A stretch of 42,925 nt of DNA from a virus. The notes below the pieces were generated by a model. That model had not been told where the DNA came from. It saw nothing but the letters and a program-made list of their open reading frames with translations, and searched no databases. The position numbers and the translations under genes are program-made. How positions within the stretch are numbered: the stretch's first letter is position 1; each line of letters opens with the position of its first letter. Shown piece after piece: positions 41,598-42,925 of the stretch. The stretch covers positions 1-42,925 of IMG/VR virus record IMGVR_UViG_3300037440_000117. One strand, written 5' to 3'.

Positions 41598-41989
41598 ACG
41601 AGTCTCCCAAAAAGGCGGCGCCTGAAGTGGATCGCGGTGGGCCGATGAGGGTGGACGTGGCTGAAGTGAATCGCCTACTGACCGCCTCGCGTGCCGCGCA
41701 TGACGCCAAGAAGCGCTCAGCCGGCGTGATCGATCGGGATGGGCGTGTATTGGCGCCGCCGGACTATCCATCGGCCGAGCAGCACATTGTGGAGGCGTTG
41801 CGGTTGAGGCTTGAGGCGCACGCGCTGGACCCGGCCCACACGGCGAGCGGCTGGTCTGCGGACAAAGCCCCGGATGACAAGTTGATTGCGTTCTACGTCG
41901 CGTATAGCAAGCCGTTCATTCCCGAGAAGGACATGCATCAAGTGCTCGCGCGCTTCCCCGCGTATGCGGAGATTCGGTATATCCCCTAA
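41594..41989 (+). CDS. Hypothetical protein between terminase and portal
   Basis: Trimmed to ATG 41594 (ATGA overlap with the terL stop). Its stop overlaps the portal ATG. Confidence 0.45.
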   Translation: MNESPKKAAPEVDRGGPMRVDVAEVNRLLTASRAAHDAKKRSAGVIDRDGRVLAPPDYPSAEQHIVEALRLRLEAHALDPAHTASGWSADKAPDDKLIAFYVAYSKPFIPEKDMHQVLARFPAYAEIRYIP

Positions 41990-42925
41990 TGGCGACTGAC
42001 TACACCGTCCCCGAACTCGTCCGCACCGCCCGCGACTGCTTCGAGCAAGGGGAGCAGGCGACCAAGGATCAGCGGACCCGTAACCTGAAGTCCCTGCGGT
42101 TCTACAACGACGATCAATGGCCCCAGGACATCAAGGACATTCGGGCTGGCACGCCCGCGAACTCGAACAACGGCCAACCGGCCGTCCCGGCTCGCCCGTG
42201 CATCACGATCAACCGCGTCAAGGAGCCGGTGAAGCAAGTCGTGAACCAGATGCGCTCCTCGGACATGGGCGCGGAGATTGTCCCCGCCGACGACTTCGGG
42301 GAGATGCAGGAAGTTGACGATGACGAGATTGAGCTACGCGAAGGGCTCCTGAGACGCATCCAGCGAGCGCCCGAGACGATTGACGCGATTCTTTGGATGG
42401 GGTCACGCGCGGCGATTTGCGGCGAAGGCTACATGGGGGTAATGACGCGCTATCTTCCCGGCAAGACCTTCGATCAGGAGCCCTACGTCCATCGGTTCTA
42501 CAACCAGAATTCAGTGATGCTCGATCCGTCACACGAGCAGCCGGACGGTTCGGATGCCGAGTGGGGCATTGTTGGCACGGATATGCCGTGGTCGCAGTAC
42601 GTGGCCGAATTCGGGATGGTGGCTGGCAAAAAGAATGACGTGTGCGCGCTGGATGATGACAAGTTCCGCGCGCTCGGGGATGAGGCGCCGGGGTGGTTTG
42701 ATTTCAAGGGGCCGGAGAACAAGGCGACTCGTATCTGCCGCGTGGTGGATTACTACTATACGGTCCGGAAGACGCGCGCCCTCTGTGAGCTCGCAGACGG
42801 CTCGGTGTATTGGAAGGATGAACTCCCACCCGGCGCGACACCGCGAGACACCCGCAACGTGATCGAGAAGTCGATTAAGTGGGCGAAGATTGACGGCTAC
42901 CAGGAACTCGATAAAGGCGACTGGG
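41989..42925 (+). CDS. Portal protein, 5' part (continues into 1..1560 through the circular junction)
   Basis: ATG 41989 overlaps the upstream stop (TAATG). The frame stays open to the window end and is in phase with 1..1560 (42805 corresponds to position 7). Joined product is 789 aa. It is absent from the ORF track because there is no stop in the window. It follows the large terminase. Confidence 0.75.
   Translation, partial: MATDYTVPELVRTARDCFEQGEQATKDQRTRNLKSLRFYNDDQWPQDIKDIRAGTPANSNNGQPAVPARPCITINRVKEPVKQVVNQMRSSDMGAEIVPADDFGEMQEVDDDEIELREGLLRRIQRAPETIDAILWMGSRAAICGEGYMGVMTRYLPGKTFDQEPYVHRFYNQNSVMLDPSHEQPDGSDAEWGIVGTDMPWSQYVAEFGMVAGKKNDVCALDDDKFRALGDEAPGWFDFKGPENKATRICRVVDYYYTVRKTRALCELADGSVYWKDELPPGATPRDTRNVIEKSIKWAKIDGYQELDKGDW
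42799..42925. repeat. Terminal direct repeat, right copy (circular-closure overlap)
   Basis: Exact 127-bp duplicate of 1-127. It lies inside one continuous reading frame, the portal gene. Confidence 0.95.

Overview
The window is a complete, circularly closed genome of a GC-rich tailed phage or prophage. Bases 1-127 are repeated exactly at 42799-42925, so the unit length is 42,798 bp, and the portal gene runs across the window junction. Almost all genes are on the + strand and tightly packed, with many ATGA/GTGA stop-start overlaps.

Layout:
- 39882-41597: small and large terminase.
- 41989 through the junction to 1560: portal.
- 1562-18365: a P22-like podovirus morphogenesis module. It holds scaffold, coat, a gp4-like adaptor, a gp10-like tail hub, an ejection-protein cluster, two fibre/spike genes and two carbohydrate-enzyme-like genes.
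- 18362-21399: an M15 endolysin followed by scattered small membrane proteins (lysis region).
- 21543-23016: the only two minus-strand genes, a lipoprotein metzincin-type Zn-protease moron and a CI-like repressor. The repressor is divergent from a cro-like gene.
- 23093-39761: a long early region. It holds an Erf / YqaJ-exonuclease recombination module, three HNH nucleases, a VRR-NUC nuclease, two paralogous DNA methyltransferases and many Cys-rich small proteins.

I found no integrase, tRNA, CRISPR array, reverse transcriptase, or recognisable replication enzyme.

Most unusual loci:
1. An ~0.8 kb low-GC coding desert (28816-29621) with three 22-bp-phased iterons and an AT-rich tract.
2. The repressor-adjacent secreted metzincin lipoprotein.
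3. A GNAT acetyltransferase embedded in the ejection-protein cluster.
4. A tail fibre with a Sec-type signal peptide.
5. A divergent DPVW methyltransferase paralog.
6. A small protein in the recombination module that ends in an SSB-like acidic tip.

All family assignments come from motif reading by eye and need HMM confirmation.
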